Source of the DNA: an uncultured Gammaproteobacteria bacterium
Lineage (GTDB): Bacteria > Patescibacteriota > Microgenomatia > UBA8517
Length of the DNA: 64,000 bases
NCBI GenBank assembly: GCA_964587425.1
Contig: CAZPLB010000004.1
Location: forward strand, 3,197-67,196
Direction: 5' to 3'
The notes beneath the pieces are model-generated. The model made no database searches. It had not been told where the DNA came from and saw only the letters and a program-made list of their open reading frames with translations. Positions 1 through 10,384 of this stretch are shown piece by piece. Position 1 is the stretch's first letter. Each line of letters begins with the position of its first letter. A program made the position numbers and the translations under genes.

Positions 1-103
1 AATTAAAGCAGTAAAGAAAGTGATAGTTAGGTTGAAAGGTGACGAGAAAATTGATTTGTTTATCGAAGAGAAGAAAAAGACTAAAAAGAAAGGAAGCAAA
101 TGA
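1..103 (+). CDS. rplW: 50S ribosomal protein uL23, 3' part (truncated by window edge)
   Basis: Frame from nt 2 reads [20 protein letters not shown]...KGSK*, matching the L23 C-terminal KKAxVxL motif; ATGA overlap with rplB. Confidence 0.85.
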   Translation, partial: IKAVKKVIVRLKGDEKIDLFIEEKKKTKKKGSK

Positions 104-849
104 ATAGATTAAAAAGAATATTATCTAAAAAATCAGGACGATCAATGGGGCGAGTTACTGTTCGTCATCAAGGAGGACGTAACAAAAGGTACTTCCGTAT
201 TATTGATTTCAAAAGAGACAAGAAAGGTATCTCTGCTCGGGTTGAGGCAATTGAAGTTGATCCAAATCGAAATGCAAGAATTGCACTTGTAGTCTACACA
301 GATGGTGAAAGAAGATATATTTTGGCTCCACTTGGTTTGAAGGTTGGTGCAAAAGTTATTTCAGGAGATGAAGCTCCTTTGGAATTGGGGAACAGCTTAC
401 CACTTTCAAAAATTGCAATTGGAACACAGATTCACAATATTGAAATTAGGCCGGGAAGCGGAGGACGAATGGTTCGAGGGGCTGGGACTGCAGCTACAGT
501 ACAAGGAAGAGAAGAAAAGCATGTTTTGGTGAAGTTGACATCAGGTGAGGTTCGCAGATTTGATCCAGCTGCTATGGCAACAATTGGACAAGTGGGAAAT
601 TTCGAATTTTCAAGCATTCGTTTAAGGACTGCAGGACAAAGGCGCAGAATGGGAATACGACCAACGGTTCGAGGGGTAGCACAAAACCCACATTCACATC
701 CACATGGAGGAGGAGAAGGAAGAAGCTCAGTTGGACTTAAATATCCAAAAACTCCTTGGGGAAAGCCAGCTGTAGGGAAAACCAGGAAACATAAGAAATA
801 TTCTGATAAACTTGTGGTTTCCGGAAGGAAGAAAGGAAAGCATGTCTAG
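100..849 (+). CDS. rplB: 50S ribosomal protein uL2 (short N-terminus)
   Basis: [20 protein letters not shown] and [21 protein letters not shown] motifs; S10 operon position. Confidence 0.98.
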   Translation: MNRLKRILSKKSGRSMGRVTVRHQGGRNKRYFRIIDFKRDKKGISARVEAIEVDPNRNARIALVVYTDGERRYILAPLGLKVGAKVISGDEAPLELGNSLPLSKIAIGTQIHNIEIRPGSGGRMVRGAGTAATVQGREEKHVLVKLTSGEVRRFDPAAMATIGQVGNFEFSSIRLRTAGQRRRMGIRPTVRGVAQNPHSHPHGGGEGRSSVGLKYPKTPWGKPAVGKTRKHKKYSDKLVVSGRKKGKHV

Positions 850-1123
850 ATCAAGTAAAAAAGGACCATTTGTAGATGAACGCCTAGTAAAGAAGGTAAA
901 TGCTGGTATGGGTACAAAGGCAAATCCAGTTAAAACCTGGAGCAGAGCATGCCAAATTCCACCTGAGTTTGTAGGGAAATATTTCCAGGTTCACAATGGA
1001 AGAATTTTTGTTGAGGTTTTCGTTTCTGAGGATATGGTAGGGCACAGGCTTGGAGAATTTTCTCCAACCCGCACATTTAGGGGACACGGACAGATAGTCA
1101 AGAGAACAATGGATAAGACCTAA
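842..1123 (+). CDS. rpsS: 30S ribosomal protein uS19
   Basis: [12 protein letters not shown]...KTWSR...[13 protein letters not shown]; start moved to ATG 842. Confidence 0.98.
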   Translation: MSRSSKKGPFVDERLVKKVNAGMGTKANPVKTWSRACQIPPEFVGKYFQVHNGRIFVEVFVSEDMVGHRLGEFSPTRTFRGHGQIVKRTMDKT

Positions 1124-1136
1124 ACGGAAGGATTGT

Positions 1137-1574
1137 ATGGAATATATTTCAACACAAAAATATGTAAAGGTTAGCCCAAGAAAGGCTAGGGTTGTTGTTG
1201 CTGCACTTAAAGGACTTAGTCCTGAAAAGGCAGTTGAAGTTTTGCCATATGTGGCACAGAAATCTGCGGGGCCAATTATGAATGTTATAAAAACTGCAAT
1301 GGCAAATGCTCGAATGCAGGGAGAGAAAGTTGAAGATCTTGTATTTAAAGAAATTCAGATTACTGAGGGACCAAGATTAAAAAGAGGTATTGCAGTTTCA
1401 AGGGGACAATACCACGCTATCAAGAAAAGAATGAGTCATATACGAATAGTTTTGACTACAAAAAATGAAACCGCAAAAGTTAAAAAGGTAGAACAGACTG
1501 AAGTGATTGAGGCAAAACCAGTTGTTGAGGTAAAAAAGAAAAAGACTGTGTCTAAAAAGAAAGGAACTAAATAA
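1137..1574 (+). CDS. rplV: 50S ribosomal protein uL22 with Lys-rich C-terminal tail
   Basis: VSPRKARVV, EGPRLKR, KRMSHIRIVL; operon order. Confidence 0.97.
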   Translation: MEYISTQKYVKVSPRKARVVVAALKGLSPEKAVEVLPYVAQKSAGPIMNVIKTAMANARMQGEKVEDLVFKEIQITEGPRLKRGIAVSRGQYHAIKKRMSHIRIVLTTKNETAKVKKVEQTEVIEAKPVVEVKKKKTVSKKKGTK

Positions 1575-1575
1575 A

Positions 1576-2223
1576 ATGGGACAAAAAGTTAACCCGGTTG
1601 GGTTTAGGACTGGAAGCTTTTTTGGATGGAAATCCAGATGGTTTGCAGATGACAAAGTATACAAAGAGTTTTTACTTGAGGACGTTAAAATTCGAAGAGT
1701 TTTGATGGAAAAATTGAAGCTTGCTGGAATCAATGAAATTGAGATTGAAAGATCTCCAAAGAGTATTGTTATTAATTTGAATGTATCAAGGCCTGGAGTT
1801 GTTATCGGACGTGGTGGAAGCGGAATAGAGGACGTGAAGAAAGAAGTGGTAGCAGTTATTAAGGAAGTTCGAGGAATAGTTCCAAATGTAAAAATTGATA
1901 TACATGTAATTGAACTTAAAAATCCGGAAATATCAGCACTCTTGGTTTTGAATAGAATTATTTCTGACATTGAAAGAAGGATGCCGCATAGACGCGTTAT
2001 TGCAAAGACAATTGAGCGGGTGATGCAATCTGGAGCAAAAGGGATTAAAATCACGCTCGCGGGGCGTATTAATGGAGCTGATATTGCAAGAGTTGAGAAT
2101 TATCATGAAGGATCTGTTCCTACACAGACATTGCGTGGAAATGTTGATTATGCGCAAAAGCCAGCACTCACAAAAAGAGGATATGTGGGAATTAAGGTCT
2201 GGATATATAAGGAGAATGAGTAA
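1576..2223 (+). CDS. rpsC: 30S ribosomal protein uS3
   Basis: MGQKVNPVGFR, RPGVVIGRGG, GRINGADIAR, GIKVWIY. Confidence 0.98.
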   Translation: MGQKVNPVGFRTGSFFGWKSRWFADDKVYKEFLLEDVKIRRVLMEKLKLAGINEIEIERSPKSIVINLNVSRPGVVIGRGGSGIEDVKKEVVAVIKEVRGIVPNVKIDIHVIELKNPEISALLVLNRIISDIERRMPHRRVIAKTIERVMQSGAKGIKITLAGRINGADIARVENYHEGSVPTQTLRGNVDYAQKPALTKRGYVGIKVWIYKENE

Positions 2224-2633
2224 TGTTGCAGCCAAAACGACGCAAATACAGAAAAGATTTTAGAGGCAGAAGAAAAGGTCTTTCTTTCCGAGGGGCTGAA
2301 GTATCTTTTGGAGAATTTGGATTGAAGGCACTAGGAAGAGGATGGATGTCGGCCGCACAGTTGGAGGCAGCAAGACGGGCCGTTACAAATGATTTGAAGA
2401 GAAAAGGAAGAGTTTGGTTGAGGGTCTTTCCAGACAAGCCAGTGACGAGCCGTCCAGCGGGGCAGAGAATGGGAAGCGGTAAGGGAGACATTGATAGATA
2501 TGTGGTAGTCGTGACGCCAGGACGCATAATTTTGGAGATAGCTGGAGTAGATAAAATTATGGCACTTGATGCGATGAGGAAGGCCTCGGCAAAATTGCCT
2601 TTCAAGACAAGAGTTGTAGTTAAAGGAGAATAA
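2223..2633 (+). CDS. rplP: 50S ribosomal protein uL16
   Basis: MLQPKRRKYRK, QLEAARRA, RVFPDKPVT, RMGSGKG. Confidence 0.98.
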   Translation: MLQPKRRKYRKDFRGRRKGLSFRGAEVSFGEFGLKALGRGWMSAAQLEAARRAVTNDLKRKGRVWLRVFPDKPVTSRPAGQRMGSGKGDIDRYVVVVTPGRIILEIAGVDKIMALDAMRKASAKLPFKTRVVVKGE

Positions 2634-2670
2634 GCAGAGCTTGTGATTTGAAGATCTAAATTAAAAATAT

Positions 2671-2808
2671 ATGTCAGATTTATTGGAATTACAAAAAAAG
2701 TTAGCAACAGTTAAGGCTCAAATAATTTTGGGCAAGGAAAAGGATTTGACTGCTGCAAGAAAGATTAGACGCGAGATTGCAAGGTTGAAGGGAGGGAAAA
2801 CACAATGA
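2671..2808 (+). CDS. rpmC: 50S ribosomal protein uL29, short 45-aa form (not in ORF track)
   Basis: Manual translation MSDLLELQKKLATVKAQIILGKEKDLTAARKIRREIARLKGGKTQ*; RKIRREIARLK motif; lies between rplP and rpsQ with ATGA overlap. Confidence 0.9.
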   Translation: MSDLLELQKKLATVKAQIILGKEKDLTAARKIRREIARLKGGKTQ

Positions 2809-3047
2809 AGATTTTTACAGGACAAGTAGTTTCTACAAAAATGGCTAAAACAGCAACGGTTTCTGTTGAAAGAATTGTTACCCACAAGCTTTACAAAAAA
2901 AGATTGAAGAGGGTGAGACTATATCATGTTCATGATGAGGCTGGAGCGAAAGTTGGCGACACGGTGAAGTTTGCTGCAAGCAAACCATACAGCAAGACAG
3001 TAAAATGGGCAATGGTTGAAGCGAAGAAAGGAAAAACTAGCAAATGA
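2805..3047 (+). CDS. rpsQ: 30S ribosomal protein uS17
   Basis: GQVVSTKMAKTATV, HKLYKK, HDE...GDTV, PYSKT. Confidence 0.97.
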   Translation: MKIFTGQVVSTKMAKTATVSVERIVTHKLYKKRLKRVRLYHVHDEAGAKVGDTVKFAASKPYSKTVKWAMVEAKKGKTSK

Positions 3048-3409
3048 TACAACTAAGAAGTGTTTTGAAACCAGCTGATAATTCAGGAGCAAAACTTTTG
3101 ATGGTGATGGGGATATCAACGAGAATTGGAGTAAAGGCAGGACTTGGAAAAGTTGTGAAGTGTGTTGTTCATGGAGCTAGTCCAACAGGCGGAGTAGCTG
3201 ACAAGGAAAAAGTTGATGTAGTTATAGTTCGAACACGAAAAGAGACAAGAAGGAAGGACGGAACATATGTTAGGTTTGATGATAATGCTGGGGTAGTTAT
3301 TGACAAGCAAGGGTTGCCTCGCGGAACGAGAGTTTTGGGACCAGTTGCCCGTGAAGTCAAAGAAGCTGGATTTACAAAGATTACATCACTAGCAGGAGAG
3401 GTTATTTAA
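3044..3409 (+). CDS. rplN: 50S ribosomal protein uL14
   Basis: MIQ...ADNSGAK, RFDDNA, PRGTRVLGPVARE. Confidence 0.98.
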   Translation: MIQLRSVLKPADNSGAKLLMVMGISTRIGVKAGLGKVVKCVVHGASPTGGVADKEKVDVVIVRTRKETRRKDGTYVRFDDNAGVVIDKQGLPRGTRVLGPVAREVKEAGFTKITSLAGEVI

Positions 3410-3410
3410 T

Positions 3411-3767
3411 ATGCTGAAATTTAAAATTGGAGATACAGTAAAAGTAACACTTGGGAAAGATAAAACTCGCGAGGGAAAAATTGAAAAGATTTTTCCAAAA
3501 GAGGGAACCGTCTTTATTCCTGGAATTAATGTTTACAAAAAACATGTGAAGCCAGCATACACAGTTGATGGTAAGGGTGGAATTTTTGAACTATCAAGAC
3601 CTATCGCATATTCGAAAATTGCACTGATTTGTCCAAACTGTAAAAAACAAACCAGGGTTGGATTTAAAATTGATGAGAAGGGTAAAAAGATTAGGGTGTG
3701 CCGCAAATGTGGAAAAGAAATTGGAAAAGTTAAATTGAGTTTGCCCAAGAAAGAGAGTAAAAAATGA
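3411..3767 (+). CDS. rplX: 50S ribosomal protein uL24 (C-terminal CxxC..CxxC)
   Basis: KOW motif GDTVKVTLGKDK; CPNCKKQTRVG...RVCRKC. Confidence 0.96.
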   Translation: MLKFKIGDTVKVTLGKDKTREGKIEKIFPKEGTVFIPGINVYKKHVKPAYTVDGKGGIFELSRPIAYSKIALICPNCKKQTRVGFKIDEKGKKIRVCRKCGKEIGKVKLSLPKKESKK

Positions 3768-4321
3768 GTTTATTTGAAAAGTACAAAAAAGAAGTAGCAC
3801 CGGCACTTGCCGAAGAATTTGGTATTAAGAATGTTATGGCCATTCCTAGGATAACAAAGATTGTTGTTAATACTGGAACTGGAGAGGCTTTGAAGAATAA
3901 AGAATTGTCTGGTAAAATTGCGGACGACCTTGCGCAAATTACTGGACAGAAGGCTAAGATTACAAAAGCAAAACTATCTATAGCTGGATTTAACATAAGG
4001 TCTGGAATGAATGTTGGAATGGTAGTTACTTTGAGAGGCGTACGAATGTATGACTTTTTGAATAAGCTAACTGCCATTACTCTTCCTCGATTGAGGGACT
4101 TTAGAGGAGTACCTGTCGGGAGTTTTGATAAGAGCGGAAATTATACTTTGGGAATTGTTGAACACACAGTATTTACTGAGATTGATTTATCAAAGGTAGA
4201 TAAGCCAAGAGGAATGCAGATTACAATTGTTATGAATACAGGAAACCCTGAGATATCAAAACGATTACTAACTTTACTTGGTATGCCTTTTGAAAAGACA
4301 GAAGAGAAAGGAAGCAAATGA
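3764..4321 (+). CDS. rplE: 50S ribosomal protein uL5
   Basis: [36 protein letters not shown]. Confidence 0.98.
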   Translation: MSLFEKYKKEVAPALAEEFGIKNVMAIPRITKIVVNTGTGEALKNKELSGKIADDLAQITGQKAKITKAKLSIAGFNIRSGMNVGMVVTLRGVRMYDFLNKLTAITLPRLRDFRGVPVGSFDKSGNYTLGIVEHTVFTEIDLSKVDKPRGMQITIVMNTGNPEISKRLLTLLGMPFEKTEEKGSK

Positions 4322-4503
4322 GTACAACAGCAAAAGAAGTAAGAGAGAGCAAAAAGTTAGCATATGAAGCAAGGTATCGAAATCGATGCAAGCTTTGCGG
4401 TAGGTCAAGAAGCTACATGGGAAGATTTGGGATTTGCAGATTATGCTTTAGGGAGCTAGCCAATAAAGGCGAGATTCCTGGAGTAAGAAAGGCAAGCTGG
4501 TAA
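4318..4503 (+). CDS. rpsN: 30S ribosomal protein uS14, zinc-binding (type Z)
   Basis: 61 aa, RCKLCGR...[22 protein letters not shown]. Confidence 0.97.
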   Translation: MSTTAKEVRESKKLAYEARYRNRCKLCGRSRSYMGRFGICRLCFRELANKGEIPGVRKASW

Positions 4504-4511
4504 ATAAATAT

Positions 4512-4892
4512 ATGACAAACTATTCAATTGGAGACTTTTTAACAAGAATTAAAAACGCAGCTATGGCAAAACGCGTGGAGGTTGTTGTGAAAAAAACAAA
4601 ACTTGCCTATGCAGTTTCATTGGTTTTGAAAAAGGAAGGATTTTTGAGGGATGTTGAAGTAGTTGAAGGTGATTTAAAAGTAAGTTTGGCATATTCTCAC
4701 AAAGAACCAGTTCTAATGGGACTTAAACTTGTTTCAAAACCAGGTTTGAGAGTGTACAAAGGAGTCGATCAAATGGGAAAGAGAAGAATATTGTCGTCAA
4801 TATTGATCGTTTCTACTCCAAAGGGAGTGGTTTCATCTAAAGAAGCAATTAAATTGGGTACAGGGGGAGAAGTTATAGTGGAGGTTTGGTAA
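4512..4892 (+). CDS. rpsH: 30S ribosomal protein uS8
   Basis: DFLTRIKNA, VSKPGLRVY, STPKG, GGEVI. Confidence 0.97.
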   Translation: MTNYSIGDFLTRIKNAAMAKRVEVVVKKTKLAYAVSLVLKKEGFLRDVEVVEGDLKVSLAYSHKEPVLMGLKLVSKPGLRVYKGVDQMGKRRILSSILIVSTPKGVVSSKEAIKLGTGGEVIVEVW

Positions 4893-4905
4893 AAAGGAAT
4901 TTATT

Positions 4906-5436
4906 ATGAGCAGATTTGGAAAATTACCAGTAACAGTTTTAGAGGGAGTAACAGTAGGCATTTCAGACAATGTTTTGAAAGTGTCTGGGCCAAAGGGTGC
5001 GATTGAAAAGAACATGCCACGTGAGGTTAGCATTAAAGTTGCTGACGGCATTGCCAATGTTGAATCAAAGTCTGAGACCATGAGAGGAACTTTTAGATCT
5101 CATTTGGTTAACATGATTAAAGGAGTGAAAGAAGGATGGACAAAAAGTTTGGAATTAGTTGGGACTGGATACAGGGCAGAAGTCAGGGGCACTGATTTAG
5201 TTTTGACAGTTGGATATTCACATCCAGTAATTGTGAAGGCACCGGCTGGGATAACCTTTAGTGTAGAGAAATCTATCGTAAAAGTTGAAGGGGCTGATAA
5301 AGAAGAAGTAGGACAGACGTCAGCTTATATAATGTCAGTTCGAAGGCCAGATGCATACAAAGGAAAAGGGATTAGACTTGAGGGTCAAGTCTTGAAATTA
5401 AAGCCAGGAAAGCAGGCAGCAAAGACAACAGTATGA
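4906..5436 (+). CDS. rplF: 50S ribosomal protein uL6
   Basis: MSRFGKLP, GPKG, GYSHP, RRPDAYKGKGI. Confidence 0.98.
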   Translation: MSRFGKLPVTVLEGVTVGISDNVLKVSGPKGAIEKNMPREVSIKVADGIANVESKSETMRGTFRSHLVNMIKGVKEGWTKSLELVGTGYRAEVRGTDLVLTVGYSHPVIVKAPAGITFSVEKSIVKVEGADKEEVGQTSAYIMSVRRPDAYKGKGIRLEGQVLKLKPGKQAAKTTV

Positions 5437-5741
5437 TGAAAAGCGGAATTTTGAGAAGAAAGAAAAGAATTAGGGCAAAGGTTTCTGGAACTACAGCGAG
5501 GCCTAGGATTTCTGTGTATAAATCAAATAAATTTATATATGCACAAGTTATTGATGACACCAAGAGTCAGACATTGGTTGCGGGATATGGAAAGAAAGCT
5601 GCAGAAGTTGGGAAAAAAGTTGGAGAGACGATGATTAAGGCAAAAATTAAATTGGGAGTTTTTGATAGAGGTGGATATAAATATCATGGAAACATTAAGA
5701 TATTAGCTGATGCTATCCGAAAAGAAGGGGTTGAATTCTAA
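5433..5741 (+). CDS. rplR: 50S ribosomal protein uL18
   Basis: RPRISVYKSNKFIYAQVIDD, FDRGGYKYHG. Confidence 0.97.
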   Translation: MMKSGILRRKKRIRAKVSGTTARPRISVYKSNKFIYAQVIDDTKSQTLVAGYGKKAAEVGKKVGETMIKAKIKLGVFDRGGYKYHGNIKILADAIRKEGVEF

Positions 5742-6211
5742 TGAGACAAAATTTTGAAGTTCAAAAAGAGTTTAGTGAGAAGGTTGTTCAAATCAACAGA
5801 ATTTCGAAGAAGACAAAAGGTGGAAATCAAATGAGATTTGCTGCTCTTGTAGTTGTTGGTAATCAGAAAGGGAAAGTTGGAGTTGGAACAGCCAAGGCAA
5901 AAGATGTGAGGCGTGCAATTCAAAAAGCAATTTCTGCTGCAAAGCGAAAGATGATTGTAGTTCCTCTTCGAGGTACAACAATTCCAACTGGAGTAAAGCA
6001 AAAATATGGGGCTGCAAGAGTTATGTTGAAGCCAGCAACAGCTGGAACTGGAATTATTGCAGGAGGAGCTCTTCGAGTAGTATTGGAGGCAGCTGGAGTA
6101 CGAGACGTTGTTGGAAAGATTATGGGAACAAAGAATAAAATCTCAAATGTTTATGCGACAATTGAGGCTTTATCGACAATTAGTGCAAAGGAAGGAAAAG
6201 TACAAAAATGA
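5741..6211 (+). CDS. rpsE: 30S ribosomal protein uS5
   Basis: INRISKKTKGG..RFAALVVVG, PATAGTGIIAGG. Confidence 0.98.
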   Translation: MRQNFEVQKEFSEKVVQINRISKKTKGGNQMRFAALVVVGNQKGKVGVGTAKAKDVRRAIQKAISAAKRKMIVVPLRGTTIPTGVKQKYGAARVMLKPATAGTGIIAGGALRVVLEAAGVRDVVGKIMGTKNKISNVYATIEALSTISAKEGKVQK

Positions 6212-6615
6212 GTGAATTACCAAAAGTAGTTGCCAAAAGAATGAAGAGATTAGGACGCGGTCCTGGAAGCGGCAAAGGAAGACATACTGTTGGGCGCGGT
6301 CAGAAGGGACAAAAAACAAGAAGAAGTATTGGAGTTTTGTTTGAAGGATACAAAGTCAAAAAATCTCTTTTCAAAAGACTTCCTATGCAAAGGGGAAGAA
6401 GTAAATTCAAGGCATATGGCAAGCCAGTTACAGTAAGACTTGATGCATTGAACGTCTTGAAGGATGGGACAATTGTTGATTTGGAAGTCTTAATTAAAAA
6501 TGGATTAGTTGGTGAGCGGGAAGCTCGAAAATACGGCGTAAAAATTTTATCTGGCGGGAAGCTTACCAAAAAGCTTGAGATTAAAGTACCCGTTTCTGGT
6601 AAAATCAGTGTCTAA
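6208..6615 (+). CDS. rplO: 50S ribosomal protein uL15
   Basis: [26 protein letters not shown]; overlaps the rpsE stop, so no rpmD lies between them. Confidence 0.96.
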   Translation: MSELPKVVAKRMKRLGRGPGSGKGRHTVGRGQKGQKTRRSIGVLFEGYKVKKSLFKRLPMQRGRSKFKAYGKPVTVRLDALNVLKDGTIVDLEVLIKNGLVGEREARKYGVKILSGGKLTKKLEIKVPVSGKISV

Positions 6616-7868
6616 TGCTAAATAGCACAATCAGGAAGAAGATATTGATTACAGCTCTCGTTCTTGTAGTCTTCAGGCTTATTTCCCATATTCCAGTTGC
6701 AGGAGTTGACCGCGGCGCCTTGCAGGCTTTGTTTTCGGGGAGTCCGATTCTTTCTATTCTCGACTTTTTTTCTGGAGGAACTCTTGCCAATTTTTCAATA
6801 CTAGCACTTGGACTTAACCCTTACATTAATGCTTCCATAGTTTTACAACTCTTGGGGTTTGTCATTCCAGCCTTGGAGGAATTGCAGGAGGAGGGGGAAT
6901 TGGGACAGGAAAAGATTAACCAGTACACAAGATTTTTGACTGTACCTCTAGCCGCATTTCAGGCCATCGGAATATATTTCTTGCTAAGAAGCCGTGGGCT
7001 TGTTGGCGACTTTACCCCCTTTCATTTGGTTGCATTTATCATAACCATGGTAACTGGAACAATGATTGCTCTTTGGCTTGGGGAACTTATAACTGAGTTT
7101 GGAGTGACAAATGGAATTTCATTCCTTATTTTTGCTGGAATAGTATCAAGGATTCCAGTTTCTTTGGGGAAAATTGGCGACACATTAGGATCACAGGATT
7201 TGACTAAAATTGGCGCATTTCTTGCAGTATCTCTTGCCATCATTGTACTTGTTGTTTTCATTAGCGAAGCGGTACGCAAGATTCCAATTAAATATGCAAG
7301 ACGCGGAGGAGGAGCAAGCCCTATTGCAACGTATCTTCCACTTCAACTTAATCAAGCTGGAGTAATCCCGATTATATTTGCGGTATCTCTTGTTCTTTTT
7401 CCATCTTTAGTTGCACAGTTTGCAGGGAGTGCGGCGGGTGGTGAAGTTGCCCGAATTGCCGGGCAAATTGTTGCTGTCATGAATCCTCAGACATTTGTAT
7501 ACAATGCGACATACTTTCTTTTAGTTGTTGGGTTCACGTATTTCTATACTACAGTTGTAGCTAACCCTGAAAAAATATCAGAGCGCTTACAGAAAAAGGG
7601 AGCTTTTATTCCAGGGAAGCGACCCGGTGTTGAAACCAAAAAATACCTTTCATATGTTTTGACTCGCGTTACTTTGGTTGGAGCAGTGTTTTTGGGAATG
7701 ATTGCGGTACTTCCCTCTATAATTCAAAACTTAATTGGTGTTCAGAATTTAGTTATTGGAGGAACCGGGGTTTTAATTGTGGTTTCAGTTGTTCTCGAAA
7801 TGACAAGAGGACTTCAAGCACAGGTATCTACAAAGCAGTATGGAAAATTTGTGGAGGCAACCAGATGA
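6615..7868 (+). CDS. secY: Preprotein translocase subunit SecY
   Basis: [58 protein letters not shown]. Confidence 0.98.
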   Translation: MLNSTIRKKILITALVLVVFRLISHIPVAGVDRGALQALFSGSPILSILDFFSGGTLANFSILALGLNPYINASIVLQLLGFVIPALEELQEEGELGQEKINQYTRFLTVPLAAFQAIGIYFLLRSRGLVGDFTPFHLVAFIITMVTGTMIALWLGELITEFGVTNGISFLIFAGIVSRIPVSLGKIGDTLGSQDLTKIGAFLAVSLAIIVLVVFISEAVRKIPIKYARRGGGASPIATYLPLQLNQAGVIPIIFAVSLVLFPSLVAQFAGSAAGGEVARIAGQIVAVMNPQTFVYNATYFLLVVGFTYFYTTVVANPEKISERLQKKGAFIPGKRPGVETKKYLSYVLTRVTLVGAVFLGMIAVLPSIIQNLIGVQNLVIGGTGVLIVVSVVLEMTRGLQAQVSTKQYGKFVEATR

Positions 7869-8503
7869 TTATTTTAATGTTGGGGCCACAGGGAAGCGGC
7901 AAGGGAACACAAGCAAGGCTTCTTTCTACAAAGTTTAACCTTTTTTATTTTGAGAATGGGGCATTCTTAAGGGATTTGGCAAAAACAAATGAGACTGTAA
8001 AAAAGACCATGGCTGAGGGGAAATTGGTTCCAAACGAGGAAATGTCGTCATATATCCAGGCATTTTTTGATGAGAAAGGAATATGGAATGACATTATATT
8101 TGATGGGTTTCCTAGGACTCTGGAACAATATCAATTTTTTAAAGGTTGGCTTAAAGAAAAGCAGGTAAGTTTGGATTTGGCAATTGTACTTACAATTAGT
8201 GAGGAGACTACAGTTAGTAGGCTTTCAGCAAGGAGGCAAGACCCTGAAACTGGAAAAATATACAACTTGATTACTGATTTACCGCCTGCGGATATTGATA
8301 AAGATAAATTGATTCAGAGGGAGGATGACAAACCTGAAGCAATTAGGAAAAGGTTAGATATATACAAAAGCATGACTCTTCCTTTGGTTAATGCGTTGAA
8401 GGATGAGACTATGGTTGTTGAAATTGATGGAGAGAAGTCTATCGATGAAATTCAGGATGAGATTGTAGTAGCAGTGGAGGGCATTAAAAATGGCAAGAGA
8501 TAG
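7865..8503 (+). CDS. adk: Adenylate kinase
   Basis: [12 protein letters not shown]-loop, DGFPR, QREDD. Confidence 0.96.
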   Translation: MIILMLGPQGSGKGTQARLLSTKFNLFYFENGAFLRDLAKTNETVKKTMAEGKLVPNEEMSSYIQAFFDEKGIWNDIIFDGFPRTLEQYQFFKGWLKEKQVSLDLAIVLTISEETTVSRLSARRQDPETGKIYNLITDLPPADIDKDKLIQREDDKPEAIRKRLDIYKSMTLPLVNALKDETMVVEIDGEKSIDEIQDEIVVAVEGIKNGKR

Positions 8504-9263
8504 CATGAAGGATGATGTATCCATTAAGACTGAAGCCGAAATGGAGATCATGGGTGAGGGTGGCAAGAAACTGGCAAGAGTTAAAAAGGCGTTAGGGAAG
8601 GCAGTAAAGGTTGGGGTTAGTGCAATTGAGATTGAGAAATTGGCAGTCAAACTTATCGAAGAGGAGGGAGCTGAGGCTTCTTTTAAAAAAGTTCCAGGAT
8701 ATAGTTGGGCAACCTGCGTTAATGTAAATGATGGAGTGGTTCATGGAATTCCCAAAAAAGAGACTATTTTCAAGGAGGGTGATGTCATTAGCGTTGACGT
8801 TGGTGTTTTTTACAAGGGATACCACACTGATACAGCGTTGACGGTATATCTTGGGGAAGATCAGGAGGTTAAGGATTTTGTTGAAGCTGGGAGAAAGGCA
8901 ATGTGGGATGGAGTACATGCAGTAAAAAGAGGGGCTACTATAGCTGATATTTCAAAATCTATTGAAAAAAGGCTTATAATGAATGAGATCACACCTGTTT
9001 GGTCTTTGACCGGGCATGGGGTGGGGAAGGAACTGCACGAGGCTCCCTATATCCCCTGTTTTGTGTCTGATGATCCGTCCCAAAAGATACGAATTAAGGA
9101 GGGTTTTGTCTTGGCGGTTGAGGTTATGTTTACAAGAGGAAACGGGCAGATACGACTCGAAAAAGACGGTTGGACAATACGCACGAAAGATGGTAAAATA
9201 TCAGCACTTTTCGAAGAGACTGTTATGGTCACTAAAAGTGGCCCTAAAGTTATAACTGCTTGA
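8490..9263 (+). CDS. map: Methionine aminopeptidase type I
   Basis: VVHGIP, DVG..YKGYHTDTA, GHGVG..LHE, FEET. Confidence 0.96.
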   Translation: MARDSMKDDVSIKTEAEMEIMGEGGKKLARVKKALGKAVKVGVSAIEIEKLAVKLIEEEGAEASFKKVPGYSWATCVNVNDGVVHGIPKKETIFKEGDVISVDVGVFYKGYHTDTALTVYLGEDQEVKDFVEAGRKAMWDGVHAVKRGATIADISKSIEKRLIMNEITPVWSLTGHGVGKELHEAPYIPCFVSDDPSQKIRIKEGFVLAVEVMFTRGNGQIRLEKDGWTIRTKDGKISALFEETVMVTKSGPKVITA

Positions 9264-9268
9264 AGGAT

Positions 9269-9484
9269 ATGAAGGTAAGTAAGAATCAATTTTTTGAAGG
9301 GGAAGTGAGAGAGAGTCTGCCAAATACTATGTTTCGTGTTAGTCTGGCGGATGGGAGGCTCATTTTAACAACATTGACTGGGAAGATGAGAAGGAATTTT
9401 TCAAGAGTTTTCCCTGGCGACAGGGTTAGGGTTGAGATGACGCCGTATGACACAAATCGTGGAAGAATTGTTGCCAAGTTTTAA
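9269..9484 (+). CDS. infA: Translation initiation factor IF-1
   Basis: EGEVRESLPNTMFRV, GKMRR, GDRVRVEMTPYD..RGRI. Confidence 0.96.
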   Translation: MKVSKNQFFEGEVRESLPNTMFRVSLADGRLILTTLTGKMRRNFSRVFPGDRVRVEMTPYDTNRGRIVAKF

Positions 9485-9493
9485 TTAAATTAT

Positions 9494-9607
9494 ATGAAAG
9501 TACAATCGTCAGTTAAAAAGGTGTGTAGAGATTGCAAAGTGGTTCGCAGGAAGGGAGTTTTGTATGTCGTGTGCAAGAACCCTAAGCACAAACAAAGACA
9601 AGGATAA
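9494..9607 (+). CDS. rpmJ: 50S ribosomal protein bL36, zinc-binding (not in ORF track)
   Basis: Manual translation [37 protein letters not shown]. Confidence 0.97.
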   Translation: MKVQSSVKKVCRDCKVVRRKGVLYVVCKNPKHKQRQG

Positions 9608-9610
9608 AAT

Positions 9611-10012
9611 ATGGCAAGATTATCAGGAGTTGAATTATCAGACAATTGGAAAGTAGATTATGCCTTAACCCGCATCAAGGGGATTGGGTGGAAAAAGGCT
9701 ATGGCAATACTTTCTGAACTTAAGATGGAAAGCAGTAAGCGTGTGAAGGATTTGACTGGTGAGGAGTTGGCTAAAATTACTGCCAAGGCTGAAGAATCGC
9801 CAATTGAAGGGGAACTTGTACGCAAGGTCAGGGGAGACATACAGAGATTAAGAAACATCGGGTCGTATAGAGGGGTCAGACACGGTAGAGGGCTTCCTGT
9901 AAGGGGACAGAGGACTAGAACTAACGCCCGCACTAAGCGTGGTAAGAGAAAGACAGTTGGAGCCTTTAAGAAAGAAGTTTTGACAAAGATGACACAGACT
10001 GAGACTAAATAA
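9611..10012 (+). CDS. rpsM: 30S ribosomal protein uS13
   Basis: ALTRIKGIG, SYRGVRH..GLPVRGQRTRTNARTKRG. Confidence 0.98.
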   Translation: MARLSGVELSDNWKVDYALTRIKGIGWKKAMAILSELKMESSKRVKDLTGEELAKITAKAEESPIEGELVRKVRGDIQRLRNIGSYRGVRHGRGLPVRGQRTRTNARTKRGKRKTVGAFKKEVLTKMTQTETK

Positions 10013-10019
10013 ATATAAA

Positions 10020-10382
10020 ATGGCAAATAAAAGTACAGGCTACGGAAAAATTTATGTTTTGGCAAGCTTTAACAATACGCTTGTTACTGTCACAAACGAA
10101 AATGGCGATGTGGTGGGTTGGGGAAGCGCTGGAAAAAGCGGATTTAAAGGAACTCGAAAGTCTACTCCATATGCAGCTACAACTGCAGTTGAAACTGTTG
10201 TAAAAGATGCAAAAGAAAAATCAGGAATTAATGAGGCTGAAGTATATATCAAAGGACCAGGACCAGGCCGAGATGCGGCACTTCGCGCTGTGAGGGCAGC
10301 TGGAGTTAAGATTTCTTTGATTAGCGATATTACACCTATGCCACATGATGGACCAAGACCAAAGAAAAGGAGAAGGGTTTAA
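10020..10382 (+). CDS. rpsK: 30S ribosomal protein uS11
   Basis: ASFNNT, GFKGTRKSTPYAA, KGPGPGR, DITPMPHDG. Confidence 0.98.
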   Translation: MANKSTGYGKIYVLASFNNTLVTVTNENGDVVGWGSAGKSGFKGTRKSTPYAATTAVETVVKDAKEKSGINEAEVYIKGPGPGRDAALRAVRAAGVKISLISDITPMPHDGPRPKKRRRV

Positions 10383-10384
10383 TT

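Noticed and set aside
1398-2054. Long antisense ORFs (also 12327-12920, 45657-46307 and many shorter ones)
   Set aside because: They are shadows of well-supported genes on the opposite strand and show no motifs.
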